Shown one piece after another: positions 18,088-28,900 of a stretch of 64,000 nucleotides of DNA. Origin of the DNA: Acidimicrobiia bacterium (lineage in GTDB: Bacteria; Actinomycetota; Acidimicrobiia; Acidimicrobiales; JANYDT01); assembly GCA_031368215.1 (NCBI GenBank), contig JANLRD010000224.1:22726-86725 (forward strand), read 5' to 3'. How positions within the stretch are numbered: the first letter of the stretch is position 1; each line of letters opens with the position of its first letter. A model generated the notes under the pieces. That model worked only from the letters and a program-made list of their open reading frames with translations. It ran no database searches and had not been told where the DNA came from. Both the position numbers and the translations under genes were made by a program.

Positions 18088-19509
18088 ATGACCAAGACCC
18101 GGAAGTACGAAGGACGAGACCTCGGCGAGCTGCTCGAGCGCGTCCACGTCGAACATGGTGAGGACGCCAGGATCGTCGGTGCGAACCGATGCCGTTCGGG
18201 CGGCATCGCGGGGTTCTTCGCCGTCGAAAGTTTTGAAGTGGTTGTGGAGATCCCTGATGCCGCGTCGGAGCGGACTGCGAAGCGTCGGGCCCGACGGGTC
18301 GATCGGGCGCACACGGACGGAGAAGGCGTCGTTGCGTCGACGAATGACGCAACGATTGCGAACAGTGGGTCTCGCCGCGCTCGGGTGCGCCCGTCGGCGG
18401 CAGGCGCCCCGACGGCAGTCCCCGTCGGCTCTGATCCCTCACCGGCGCTGAGCGCGCTCGTTGCCGCTGCAGACGCCGCCGAACGTAACGCGTCGCACGT
18501 AGGCCGAGATCGAACGGGTACGTCGAAGGATGACTTCTCCTCGGTCCTCGACCGAGCCGTCGCGCCAGTGTCTCGGGATGGTCGTTTCGGTCGCTGGCTC
18601 GGCGACGCTGAACCCGAGGCGGCCGCGCCGGCCGAGGAGTCGAGCGGGTGGGCTCCCCGGCGCCTCCTCGGCCGACGCAATCGCATCGACCGGAAGCGAA
18701 GCTCGACGCGGTCTACCCGGTCGGATGGCTCCGACGATCGGGTGGTCGACATCGCCGCACTCGAACGAGCCGGGCTCGTCCCCTCGCTGGCGATGCCGCT
18801 GTCAGAAACCGGGGTGAGGCGCCCGGGCGCAATGCGCCGCGTCGACGAAGTGTCCACCGCCGAACTCATCGAGCTGGGCGTCCCTGCACGCTGGTTGCTC
18901 CACCACATCGACGGACAGCTATCCCTCGGCACGGTCCTCGGGAACCTCACGCCACCGCCGACGATGATCACCACGGCGGGGACGACGATTGCCGTTGTCG
19001 GTGAGCTCGGACTCGTCGTCGATGTTGCCCGCGCAATCTCGCTTGCGTTGCGCCAGGATCCTGTGACATGCGTGTTGCTCACCACCGGTCCGCGGCCGGA
19101 GGGCTTCCGCGGCGAGCTCGTCAACGTTATCGACGAGCTCCCTGATCGACGCGAGCAGTGGGCGCGTCGTGCAACCGCAACCGTGGTTGCCGTCGACATC
19201 GGATTCGCCCGCCACGACATCTCGTGGGGTCGGCTTGCCGTCTCCTCCCTTCGCCCGACGATGCGCTGGGGAGCCGTGTCGGCGACCCGCAAGGCCGAGG
19301 ACGTCCGAGCTTGGGCCCGCGGCGTCGGTGGCCTTCACGCGCTTGCGGTCACCGGAATGTCGGAGACGACCACACCGGCAGCGATTCTCGAGGCAGGAGT
19401 TCCCGTCGCCCGCATCGACGGTCAGGTGGCGTCTCGCGAACTATGGCTTCGACTGCTCAATGATCGGCTCGGTGATGCCTCCCGGCTTCCCGATCTCGTG
19501 GCGAACTGA
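18088..19509 (+). CDS. flhF: FlhF-like protein with degenerate SRP-type GTPase motifs
   Basis: 473 aa. ATG at 18088 follows GGAG. The N-terminus (YEGRDLGELLERVHVEHGEDARIVGANR...GFFAVESFEVVVE) resembles the FlhF B-domain. The C-terminal ~200 aa keep the SIMIBI strand order, but G1, G3 and G4 are replaced (IAVVGELGLVVDV, VVAVDIGFA, LAVTGMSET). The gene is in the flhF position. Confidence 0.6.
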   Translation: MTKTRKYEGRDLGELLERVHVEHGEDARIVGANRCRSGGIAGFFAVESFEVVVEIPDAASERTAKRRARRVDRAHTDGEGVVASTNDATIANSGSRRARVRPSAAGAPTAVPVGSDPSPALSALVAAADAAERNASHVGRDRTGTSKDDFSSVLDRAVAPVSRDGRFGRWLGDAEPEAAAPAEESSGWAPRRLLGRRNRIDRKRSSTRSTRSDGSDDRVVDIAALERAGLVPSLAMPLSETGVRRPGAMRRVDEVSTAELIELGVPARWLLHHIDGQLSLGTVLGNLTPPPTMITTAGTTIAVVGELGLVVDVARAISLALRQDPVTCVLLTTGPRPEGFRGELVNVIDELPDRREQWARRATATVVAVDIGFARHDISWGRLAVSSLRPTMRWGAVSATRKAEDVRAWARGVGGLHALAVTGMSETTTPAAILEAGVPVARIDGQVASRELWLRLLNDRLGDASRLPDLVAN

Positions 19510-19566
19510 CAAGCGGCCCTTGCTCGCCTGTCCCGTCTACCGCCATCCCTCTTCCGACGTCGGCCC

Positions 19567-19902
19567 ATGACACCCTTCCTCCGCCTCTCCGTGAGTCTGT
19601 CTCTGACGCTGCTGGTGTGGGCCCCGAACGCCATCGACGAGCTCGGAAGTGGACCCGTCAATCTCGCGGATCTTGCTCTTCGCTTCGTCGTGACGTTCGC
19701 GTTCTTCCGAGCCTCGGTCCGGGGCGTCGCGTACCTTCTCGACTCCTACCGATCATCGGTCCCGGCGTCGAAGGATGTGGTTCCTGCCGCGTCCCCCTCT
19801 CGAGCGCAGATGGTCGAACGACGGACAAGCCGACGACGAACAGATGGTGCGGCCAGCGCCGGGGCCGAACGCGAACTGCCGGCTCTCTCCGACGTCCGAT
19901 AG
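19567..19902 (+). CDS. Hypothetical small protein (hydrophobic N-terminal half, basic tail)
   Basis: 111-aa ORF 57 nt after flhF with no recognisable motif. It is the only sizeable ORF on the + strand here, continuing the strand of the preceding flagellar operon. Confidence 0.3.
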   Translation: MTPFLRLSVSLSLTLLVWAPNAIDELGSGPVNLADLALRFVVTFAFFRASVRGVAYLLDSYRSSVPASKDVVPAASPSRAQMVERRTSRRRTDGAASAGAERELPALSDVR

Positions 19903-20249
19903 GGGTGCCGGACTCCACTCATCCGGTCTGCGGAAGCCCTCGGAGTCGGCCGAAATGTGCGGTAGTTGAAAGCTGAATCAGGCCGATGAACTTTCCGTAA
20001 TGGCCAACGGGTCTTCGCGGCAACCGCTTCCCGGCGATTCCGGAGACCATCTCGGCATTCCGCAGCGGAGCGGCCGTTGAATCTTGAGGAATTCGTGAGC
20101 CGAATGGCACGTTCCTTCCTCGGCAAAAGGACAAGCTCGGTGCTACGTTTCCAACCGTTACTCTCCATCAAGGGCGCGACGTTGCTCACCACTCACTGTC
20201 GGACGGCGAAGGCATTGATGCTCACTGGATTCTCCGACCGATTCGGACG

Positions 20250-21839
20250 ATGAGCGCGGCAGCGAGGTTGCGCAGTCTCCTGTCGAACCACGCGGGGTCA
20301 ACTCGCGTGAAACGTGAGGGTCAAGATGACGAGTTGACGGCGATGTCGCGTCTGCACGACCAGAAGACGGCGTTGCTCTACACCGCTTCGCATGAGGTTC
20401 GCGGGTCGCTCCACGGGATTTCCGGGCTCGTTGAACGCCTTCGCGATGAGCCCTCATCGGTGGAGAAGAGTCCGCTCCTCGATGCCCTCGCCGACGCGTG
20501 CAGTGGGCTGCGGTCGACCGTGCAGCAGGTGCTTGACGTCGCCCAGTTGGAAAGTGGAGGACTCCAGCCGAGAGTCGCCGTCTTCGACATCCGCGTGTTG
20601 CTGCGCGAGGTCGGCGCTGTGGTGTCGGGCATTTCCGGTCCTGATGTCGCCGTTCGGACGTCCATTGACGAAGCATGTTCCGTCTTCCGATTCGGTGACG
20701 CCGGTCGGATCAATCAGATCCTCACGAACATCGCCATCAACGGCGCAAAGGCGATGCAGCGCGGGGTCCTCTCTATTCATGTCGGCGAGCTCGCCGACGG
20801 TGTGGTGCGATTCATTGTGCGGGACGAAGGTGATGGCATGCCGCCGTTTGCCCGCTCACGACTCATCGCTCAGTCCGTCGACGGGAACGTTCTGCGTCCC
20901 GATCGGCGTGAGCGCTCCGGGGACCGTCGATCGAACGGCGGTCTCGGATTGCTGATTGCCCGAGAGTTGATCGAATCACTCGACGGTCGGGTCGACGTGA
21001 GCGTCGAGCGCGGAGCTGGGACCACGGTGCACATCGATCTCCCCCTGCCCGAGCGTGCCAGTCAACAACGGCCGATCGCCGAGCCCGACCTCGAGTTGTC
21101 CATCAAGCGCGCCCTCATCGTGGATGATGCGCCGGAGGGGCTTCAGTTCCTCGCCCACTCCCTCGACACCATCTGCCAGAACTGTGACGCGACCATCGAC
21201 TCGGAAGAGGCTCTGGCGCTGGCCCAGAGCGAACCGTACGACCTCGTGATCCTTGATGGGATGATGTCACCGCACGACGGTGCTGATCTCTCGCGGGCGC
21301 TGCGGCGGTTCGAGACCACCCGCAACAGCGTGATCATCGTCGCCACGGGGAACGTCGAGAGCGTGAGTTCGGCCCGTTACCTTGCGGCTGGTGCCGACCT
21401 CGTCATGGTCAAACCGTTTTCACGACTCGAACTGGTGCGGGCGGTGCGTCGAACGATGGCGCTTCGGTCGGCCGAGGCGGCGGGACTCGTCATCGACCTT
21501 CGGCCGATCGATGCCGACGAGGGGTCGACGCCGATCGTTCAGCCATCCGACGTCTTCTCGGCGCCCCTGACGGTGTTCGACTCGCTTCTCGAGGGCAGGT
21601 TGCAGGCGATCCGAGACGCCTTCGAACGCCGTGACGCAAGCGCCTTCATGCGCGCTGCGCACACGCTCGGCTCGCCGGCCGTCGTGCTCGGCGTCGAAGG
21701 CCTCGGCCGTTACTGCCTGGCGCTGGAGACGATTGTCAGATCGGTCGGTCTGGAGGGCATTGGCGTCGGTGCCTTTGACCAGCTCGCCTTCCTGGCGGCG
21801 GCGCAGCGCCCGGGCGTCTTCACCACGCCTGCGTCCTGA
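20250..21839 (+). CDS. Cytoplasmic hybrid histidine kinase (HisKA-HATPase_c-REC-HPt) with no recognisable sensor domain
   Basis: 529 aa. The H-box YTASHEVRGSLHGI lies ~45 aa from the N-terminus. The G-box reads GGLGLLIARELIESLDGRV. The receiver domain reads ALIVDDAPEG...YDLVILDGMMSPHDG...LVMVKPF. The C-terminal HPt-like helix reads FMRAAHTLGSPAVVLGVEGL. No TM segment was seen. Confidence 0.85.
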   Translation: MSAAARLRSLLSNHAGSTRVKREGQDDELTAMSRLHDQKTALLYTASHEVRGSLHGISGLVERLRDEPSSVEKSPLLDALADACSGLRSTVQQVLDVAQLESGGLQPRVAVFDIRVLLREVGAVVSGISGPDVAVRTSIDEACSVFRFGDAGRINQILTNIAINGAKAMQRGVLSIHVGELADGVVRFIVRDEGDGMPPFARSRLIAQSVDGNVLRPDRRERSGDRRSNGGLGLLIARELIESLDGRVDVSVERGAGTTVHIDLPLPERASQQRPIAEPDLELSIKRALIVDDAPEGLQFLAHSLDTICQNCDATIDSEEALALAQSEPYDLVILDGMMSPHDGADLSRALRRFETTRNSVIIVATGNVESVSSARYLAAGADLVMVKPFSRLELVRAVRRTMALRSAEAAGLVIDLRPIDADEGSTPIVQPSDVFSAPLTVFDSLLEGRLQAIRDAFERRDASAFMRAAHTLGSPAVVLGVEGLGRYCLALETIVRSVGLEGIGVGAFDQLAFLAAAQRPGVFTTPAS

Positions 21840-21944
21840 CGTTCGCATCTCCGAAAGCCGAACTCAGGACTGCGCGGATCCATTTGGCGGCGACTTCCGC
21901 GGAGCCCTGGCAACGGCGGCGTGCGCGCCGGCCGGCGACGGAGC

Positions 21945-22763
21945 TCAGGAGATGGTGATGTCGGCCCGGATCCGGTAGCCGACTTCACGAATGGTCTGAA
22001 TCAGCCAGCTGGCGCCGATGTCGGTCAGCTTGCGCCGGATGTTCGACATGTGGACCTCGACCAGGTGACTTCCGCCGTGCCACTCGGGGCCCCAGACAAT
22101 CGCCTGGAGATCGGTGCGTGAAACCACGGAGTTCGAGCGCTTGGCGAGCTCGCGGAAGAGTGCAAATTCCGTCCGCGTGAGCTGGGCCGAGAGTCCGCCG
22201 ATGGTGACGATGCGGGCTTGGGCGTCGATACTCAGCGCAGTATCCGCGGGCAGTTCGACGGTCGATGTTCGTGTTCTTGTCGATGGTGGTGCCGACACCA
22301 TCAGCGGAGCCGTGAGCGACAGGCCGGAGCGGTCTGCGGGAGCGCCTGCCGCCAGCTTCGCGGTCGCTTCGCTGCTCTGCTTGCGTCGGGCCACCGAACG
22401 AATGCGCGCCGCGAGTTCGCGCATGGACGCCGGTTTGGTCAGGTAGTCATCCGCTCCGATCGTGAAGCCGACGAGCTTGTCCACTTCGTCGCCTCGGGCC
22501 GAGAGGATGATGATGTGCACGTCGCTGATCTCACGCAGGCGACGGCAGGTTTCGAAGCCATCGATCCCCGGGAGTCCGAGATCCAAGATCACGGCAATCG
22601 GCTGGACGTCGTTGAAGATCTCGAGTGCTCGTTCACCGTCGAGCGCCGTGTCGACGGCAAAGCCTTCGGATTCAAGCGACGTCTGCATGAGCAGAGTCAC
22701 CTCGGGTGCATCGTCGACCAACAGCAGCCGTGGCCGGTCGATTGTCGGGGCGCTTACGCTCAT
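21945..22763 (-). CDS. OmpR/PhoB-family response regulator with an unusually long interdomain linker
   Basis: 272 aa. Receiver domain: LLLVDDAPEV...AVILDLGLPGIDG...DDYLTKP. Winged-helix domain: LTRTEFALFRELAKRSNSVVSRTDLQ...LVEVHMSNIRRKL...IQTIREVGYRI. A ~45-aa S/T/A/P-rich linker joins them. Confidence 0.9.
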   Translation of the reverse strand: MSVSAPTIDRPRLLLVDDAPEVTLLMQTSLESEGFAVDTALDGERALEIFNDVQPIAVILDLGLPGIDGFETCRRLREISDVHIIILSARGDEVDKLVGFTIGADDYLTKPASMRELAARIRSVARRKQSSEATAKLAAGAPADRSGLSLTAPLMVSAPPSTRTRTSTVELPADTALSIDAQARIVTIGGLSAQLTRTEFALFRELAKRSNSVVSRTDLQAIVWGPEWHGGSHLVEVHMSNIRRKLTDIGASWLIQTIREVGYRIRADITIS

Positions 22764-22985
22764 CTGTTTCTACTGTCGCTGGAAGCGCCTTCGTGAAGAC
22801 AGACGCAGGTGGACGTTGCTTGCTCGTCCGTGCGGCCCCGGAGATGTTGGTCCATGAGGACTACGAACAACGTAACGCGAGAACGGCGTCCGGGGTTGGA
22901 TATCGATCACACAAATACGATCAGAGCCTCGCCGAGCCCAGCAAAATCGCTTCGCGATGGAACCTTGGAGGACCAGGGGCACCAG

Positions 22986-25900
22986 CTAGCGCGCCCGGCG
23001 TCGCCTCGACGTGTGCAGAAGAAGGGCTCCACTGGCGCCAAGCGCCAGTCCGAGCATGACGAGCGCTCCGAATTCGGCTCCGGTGAAGGCCAAACGAGAA
23101 CGTACCTCGGTGTCGGGTTTCGGTGTGGTGGTGGTCGAACCGCTTCGGGGCTTGCGCGGCCCGCGACCGGGCTTCGTGGACGGGGACGCAGCGGTCGTGT
23201 CCGCGCTACCCTCGGCGACGGTCGTCGTCGCCCCCGTGTTCGGGGTGAGGCTCGTGGTTGACGCACCACGCGAGAGTTCAGTGGTTGTCGTTGCCGCCCT
23301 GGCTCCGGTCGTCGTCGTGGCGGCCGTCGAGGGCGGAACGATGAACGGGGGACCGAGCAGGTTGAGCAGTCCTGCATCGACGTGGCGGACGTCGCCGAGG
23401 GGAAGGACGACGAGCACGCCGGTGCGGAAGGTCTTCGGATCCACATCAGAGTCCGTCGAGGCGTCACCGATCCCACGCAACGTCACCTTCAGATCAGAGG
23501 GCACATCGAAGGCGACGATGTAGGAGCGGGCCACGATGTCGTCGAAGAGGTAGGAGCCGTCCGCGCCGCTGACGACGGTGAGAGGCGAACCGTCGACTGC
23601 CAGCACTGGAGTGCCATCGGGGTAGAGGAGACGTGCAACCACGCCGGAGATTCCCGGCTCCCCCGTTCCCTGTCGACCGTCGCCTGTCGTGGTCCCGTCG
23701 TTCCAGACGCGTCCTCCGAGACTGCCCTTCGGTTCGAGCCCGGCGTCGACGTCGGAGCGGTCGAGCCCCGAGACGAGGACAACGTCAGCCGCGTGAGTCA
23801 CCGGATCGATGTTGGAGTCGATGAGCGCGTTGGTTCCGCCGCCGGTCGGATCACCAGCGGCAACCCCTTGAGGTGAGTGTCCGTAGCGAGGCGGCGGGTT
23901 GATCACGATGCGGGCATTGCCGGGCGCGACCCCCACGAACAGGTAGGCGCCCGCACCATCCGTCGTTGTCGTCGTAATGCGGTCGTCTGCCGTGCCGAAG
24001 AGACCGTCGGGACCGGCATGGCGGAGCGTCACCGTGACGTTCCCGACGGGCGGCTCTCCGGCGTCCTGCATGCCATCGAGGTCGTCGTCACGCCAGACGT
24101 AGTTGCCGATGCTGATGGGCGTGTAGAGACCACCGTCGACGTCGCGGTCATCCGAGGTCGTGGATACCAGATCGATGTTCGCCCGGAGCTCGAACGACGC
24201 CGTGGAACCGTTGGCCGTGGCATCGGAGTCGGTCGCCCTGGTGCCGGCGGCCACAGTGGTCGCGGTGGCAACCATTCCTGGCTTCGCGAAGGTCACGGTG
24301 TAGTTGCCGGGCCGCAGGGTGTCGATGAGCCACCCGCCTGCGGATCCGGCTGTCGAGGACGTAATGGTGCTGCGACTGACCACCGCGCCACGGTCGTCGA
24401 TCCCGGCGAGGGTCACCGAGACGCCGTCGATGCCGGGCTCGCTGGGGTCCTGGATGCCATTGCCGTTGAGGTCGTCCCATACCCGGTCGCCCACGGCGAC
24501 GGGTGCGAGTTCACCGAACCGTCCGACCGGTGTCTGTTCTCCTGGAGCGAGGACGACGCCGCTCACGACGTCGTCGCCGATCGTTCCGTGCACCGATGAC
24601 GTGTCGAGTCCGTCCATCCAACCTGCGGGCTGGCCCTCGGTCACGGTGTAGCCGGTGGCATCGGACGCGAGGAGGTCGAGGAACGAGTACGTACCGTCGC
24701 TGAGTGTCGTCGCCGTGCGGGTGACGGCGTTGTTCGCCCGGTCGTTGCCCGTGAGCGTGATTGTCACGCCGGCGATACCGGGTTCACTGCTGTCCTGTAC
24801 TCCGTTGTTGTTGGCATCGGAGTACACCGTGCCGATGATGGCACCGAGCGTCTCGCCGAAGTTGACGCCCGTCAGGCCGGTTGCCGGAACCGTGAGCGAG
24901 GTCAGCGTGTTCGGGGTCGACGATCCGTAGTTGAGAGGTTGGATCTCCTCGACGGTGTAGGTCCCCGGGGCGACGTTCGGGAAGCTGTACGAGCCGTCCC
25001 CGAGTGTCGTGGTCCGAGCGACTTCCGCTCCGTTCGAGTCCCGCAACACGAGTGTCACGCCGAGCACCCCAGGCTCACCGCTGTCCCGGACACCGTTTGC
25101 GGTGAGACCATCGGCGCCGCGGTCCACGAAGACCACGCCGGAGAGCGTCGTGGTGACGGCTGCGGACGGTACCCGTTCACCGAAGGTGTACCCGGTTGCC
25201 TGGACGTCGAGCGGCAGGCTTATGTCGACAATCACATCGTTGCCGACTCCACCCCCGGCGGTGCCCGCGGCGTCCTGTCCATCGGACCATCCGGATGGCT
25301 GGGTTTCGGTGAGGGTGTAGACACCGGCGGGGAGATCGGTGAAGGCGTAAGACCCGTCAGGCGAGGTGGTCATCGTGCGGGTGACGGCATTTCCGGCAGC
25401 GGTCGTGCCGTTCAACGTCACCGTGACACCGCTGATGCCCGGCTCCGCCGGACCGACGACCGACGTCCGTCCACCGCTACCGTCGACGTCGTTGTACACC
25501 GATCCGGCGATCGACGACAGCGTGTCGCCGAAGTCGATGTCCGAGACTCCGCCGCTTGCCGGTGCGGTGATCGCTTCGGTGTTTGTCGAGCGCAGCGATG
25601 AACCGAAGCCGACCGGCTGCACCTCGGTCACGGTGTACGACGCGCCCGGCGTGAGGCCCGTGAACAGGTAGGTGCCGTCGGCGCCCGTCATCGCCGTGCC
25701 GATGAGGGCTCCGGTGCCGTCGCGCAACTGCACGGCCACCCCGACGATGACGCCGTCGCCGGGTCCTGCGCTGGAGTTCCGATCCCGATCGAGGAAGACG
25801 GTGCCGCGGACGAAGACCGTCGTCGGCAGGGTTTCCTGCTCGCCGAAGAGATGACCGGACGAGAGGCCACCGGGGGTGACCACGATCGCCGTGATGGTGT

Positions 25901-28900
25901 CGGCTCCGGCGGCGCCGGTCGAACCTGCGGTGTCGATGCCGTCGCCGTACCCGGTGGGTTGGGTCTCGATGACGCTGTACGTTCCGGCCGGAAGACCCGT
26001 GAACACGAAGGAGCCGTCGGGTCCTGTCGAGGTCGACGCAGACACCGGCACGCCGTTCACGTCGACGCCGCTCAGATTCACGCTCACGCCGCCGATGCCG
26101 CGTTCGGCCGATGTTGGCGCCTTCGCCCCGTCGTTGTTCGCATCGACGTAGACGAAGCCGGTCACCGACGCGGTGGTCTCGCCGAAATTCACCCCGGCGA
26201 GGCCCGCAGGCGGAACACTAAGTGTGCTGAGGATGTCCGGTGTCGAGGATCCGTACGCCGTTGGCTGCGCTTCGCTCACGGAGTACGTGCCGGGCGCGAG
26301 ATTGGTGAACGCGTAGGAGCCGTCGGGGTTGGTCACGGTGGTCGAGACCGACGCACCCGTGGAGTCGAGCAATGTGAGTACGACACCGCCGAGGCCGGCT
26401 TCGCCGGCATCGATCGACCCGTTTGCGTTGCGGTCGATCCAGACCGATCCCCGAAGTGACGTCGTCGTGCCGGTTGTGCCGACACCGAGCCGCTCGCCGA
26501 AGTTCTGGTTCGACAACCCGCTGCCGGGCACGATGGCCGAGGGAATCGAGTCCGGTGTCGTCGAGATGTATCCCGAAGGCTGTGTCTCCGCCACGGAGTA
26601 CGTTCCCGGCGCGAGGTTGGTGAAGCGGTACCTGCCATCCGGGCCGGTGAGCGTCGTGTCGATCACCACGTTCGAAGAGTTTCGAAGGGTGAGGAGCACG
26701 CCCGCCAGGCCGGCCTCGCCGCTGTCGATCGTTGCCGACGAGTTGGCATCGACCCACACCACGCCCTCGAGGAATGCCGTGCCCGCCGGCGTGGGGCGGA
26801 CCTTCTCGCCGAAGTCGTACCCCGCCCCGATCGCTTCAACGGGAAGCGCGATGGCGGCGATCACATCGTTGCCGAGCGTTCCCGCGTTGGCCGACGGGTT
26901 CGGTCCGGTGATCGCGCCGACCGCGTCGAGCCCGTCGAGGTACGCCGATGGTTGGGTTTCCGAGATGCTGTACGTCCCCGCCAACAGGTCGTCGAATCGG
27001 TACGCTCCGTCCAACGCCGTGCTCGTCGTACGGTTCACAGCGGCGCCGTTGGCGTCGGTGCCGCTGAGCGTTACGGTAACGCCGGCGATGGCCGCTTCGC
27101 CGGGTGCCTGTCTGACGCCGTCATTGCTCGTGTCGACGTAGACCTGGCCGGCGAGTGACGCGCCGATCTCGCCGAAGTTGACGTTGGCCAGGCCGCCGGT
27201 CGATACCGTAAGTGGACTTAGGGTATTTGGTGTTGTCGACCCGAGCCCATTGGGTTGGGTCTCGACGATCCGGTATGTCCCCGGCCGGAGTCCGGCGAAC
27301 GCGTACGTCCCGTCGGGAGCTGTGGTCGTCGTACCCACGAGGTTGTTCAATGCGTCGAACAGCGTCAGCGTCACACCACCGAGACCGGGCTCGCCGCTGT
27401 CCGGCGATGAGCCTGATCGGTTCCGGTCGAGGAAAACCGTGCCGTTGAGGGTCGCGCCCGTGACGGTGGGGCGGACGAGCTCGCCGAAGTCATACCCGAC
27501 GCCGAGCGACGCGACACCCGGCGGGAGAACGATCGACCCGATCGCATCCGTGGGCACGAGCACACCCGTGCTCGATCCGTTGACCGTACCGACATGCTCA
27601 CGTCCGTCGTCGTACGCGCCGGGCTGGGTCTCGGTGACGGTGTAGGAACCTGCGGGAACACCGGTGAACACGTACGAGCCGTCCACACCCGTGGTCGTCG
27701 TACGGCTGAGTGCGGCGCCGAGCGCGTCGGTTCCGTTCAGGGTCAAGACCACGCCGGACACTCCTGTCTCGGTCGGGTCCGCGATGCCGTCGTCGTTGGT
27801 GTCGATGACGACGCGTCCACTGAGGGACGAGAGCGTCTCACCGAAGTTCTGGTCGCTTCGACCGGTCGGTGGCACGTTGAGATTGGCGATCAGGTTCGGC
27901 GTCGACGAGCCGTGCGTCGTCTTCTGGGTCTCACGAACCGAGTACACGCCAGCCGGCAGTACCGCACCGGCGTTGTTGGTTCCGAGGTTGGTGATTCGGA
28001 AGGTGCCGTCGGCTGCGCTGGTGACCGAGGCGACCACGCTGCCGGCGTTGTTCAGCAACTCGATCGTCCAACCGCCGAGCCCGGTGTCCCCGGTGTCGAG
28101 GGAGCCGTTCGCCGCGTTGTCGAGAAACACGAGTCCGGCAACGAACGCGCCGGTTGGTGGCACCCGGCTCTCGGCGAAGTCATATCCGACGCCGGCCCCT
28201 GCGGCCGGAATCGTGATCGCCGTGACGGTGTCGTTGCCGAGCGTTCCTGCGTTGACGGCGTTGACCGTGCCGACGCTGTCGATCGCGTCGGTGTACCCGC
28301 CCGGCTGGGTTTCGCTCACGGCGTAGGTACCGGCGAGCAGGTTGTCGAATTGGTATGCACCCGTGGCATCGGTCGATGTGGTGCGGGAAACGGGACCGTT
28401 GACGTCGGTACCCGTGAGGGTGATGGAAACGCCGCTGATGCCCGTGCTCTCGCCCGCTTGACGCACACCGTCGTTGGTCGTGGCCACGTAGACGTGACCG
28501 GCAAGTGATCCGGCGGTCTCACCGAAGTTGATGTTCGCGACACCCTCCAGAGGTACGGTCACCGTCGGGATCACGTTCGGCGTGGAGGAGCCGTAGCCGT
28601 TCGGTTGTGTTTCGGTCACGGAGTACGAGCCGGGCACGAGGTTGGTGAAGACGTAGGTGCCGTCGGGGTTCGTCACGGCGGTGGCGATCACGTTGTTCCC
28701 GGCGTCGCGGAGGGTGATGGTGACCCCGCCGAGCCCGGTGTCGCCGGAGTCGATCGTCCCGTTGCCCGCGGCGTCGATGAACACGCTGCCCGAAAGCGAC
28801 GTGGTGTTCTGACGTTCCCCGAACAGGTAGGTGGAAGCGTCGATTCCCGCACCGATCGAGATCGCCGCGATCCGGTCGTTGGTGACTGTTCCCCCAGCGG

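Noticed and set aside
19960-19990. A sigma-28/WhiG-like -10 element GCCGATGA (19982-19989) in the gap after the flagellar locus.
   Set aside because: It matches GCCGATAA at 7 of 8 positions, but the expected TAAA-type -35 element at 15-16 nt spacing is poor (TAGT / TAGTTGAA). A single near-match octamer is expected by chance in 64 kb.
22904-22923. Direct repeat CGATCA-N8-CGATCA upstream of the response-regulator gene, considered as a possible OmpR-type autoregulatory site.
   Set aside because: It is only a 6-bp repeat with 14-bp spacing, which is not the usual 10-11 bp helical phasing. It is not statistically distinguishable from chance.
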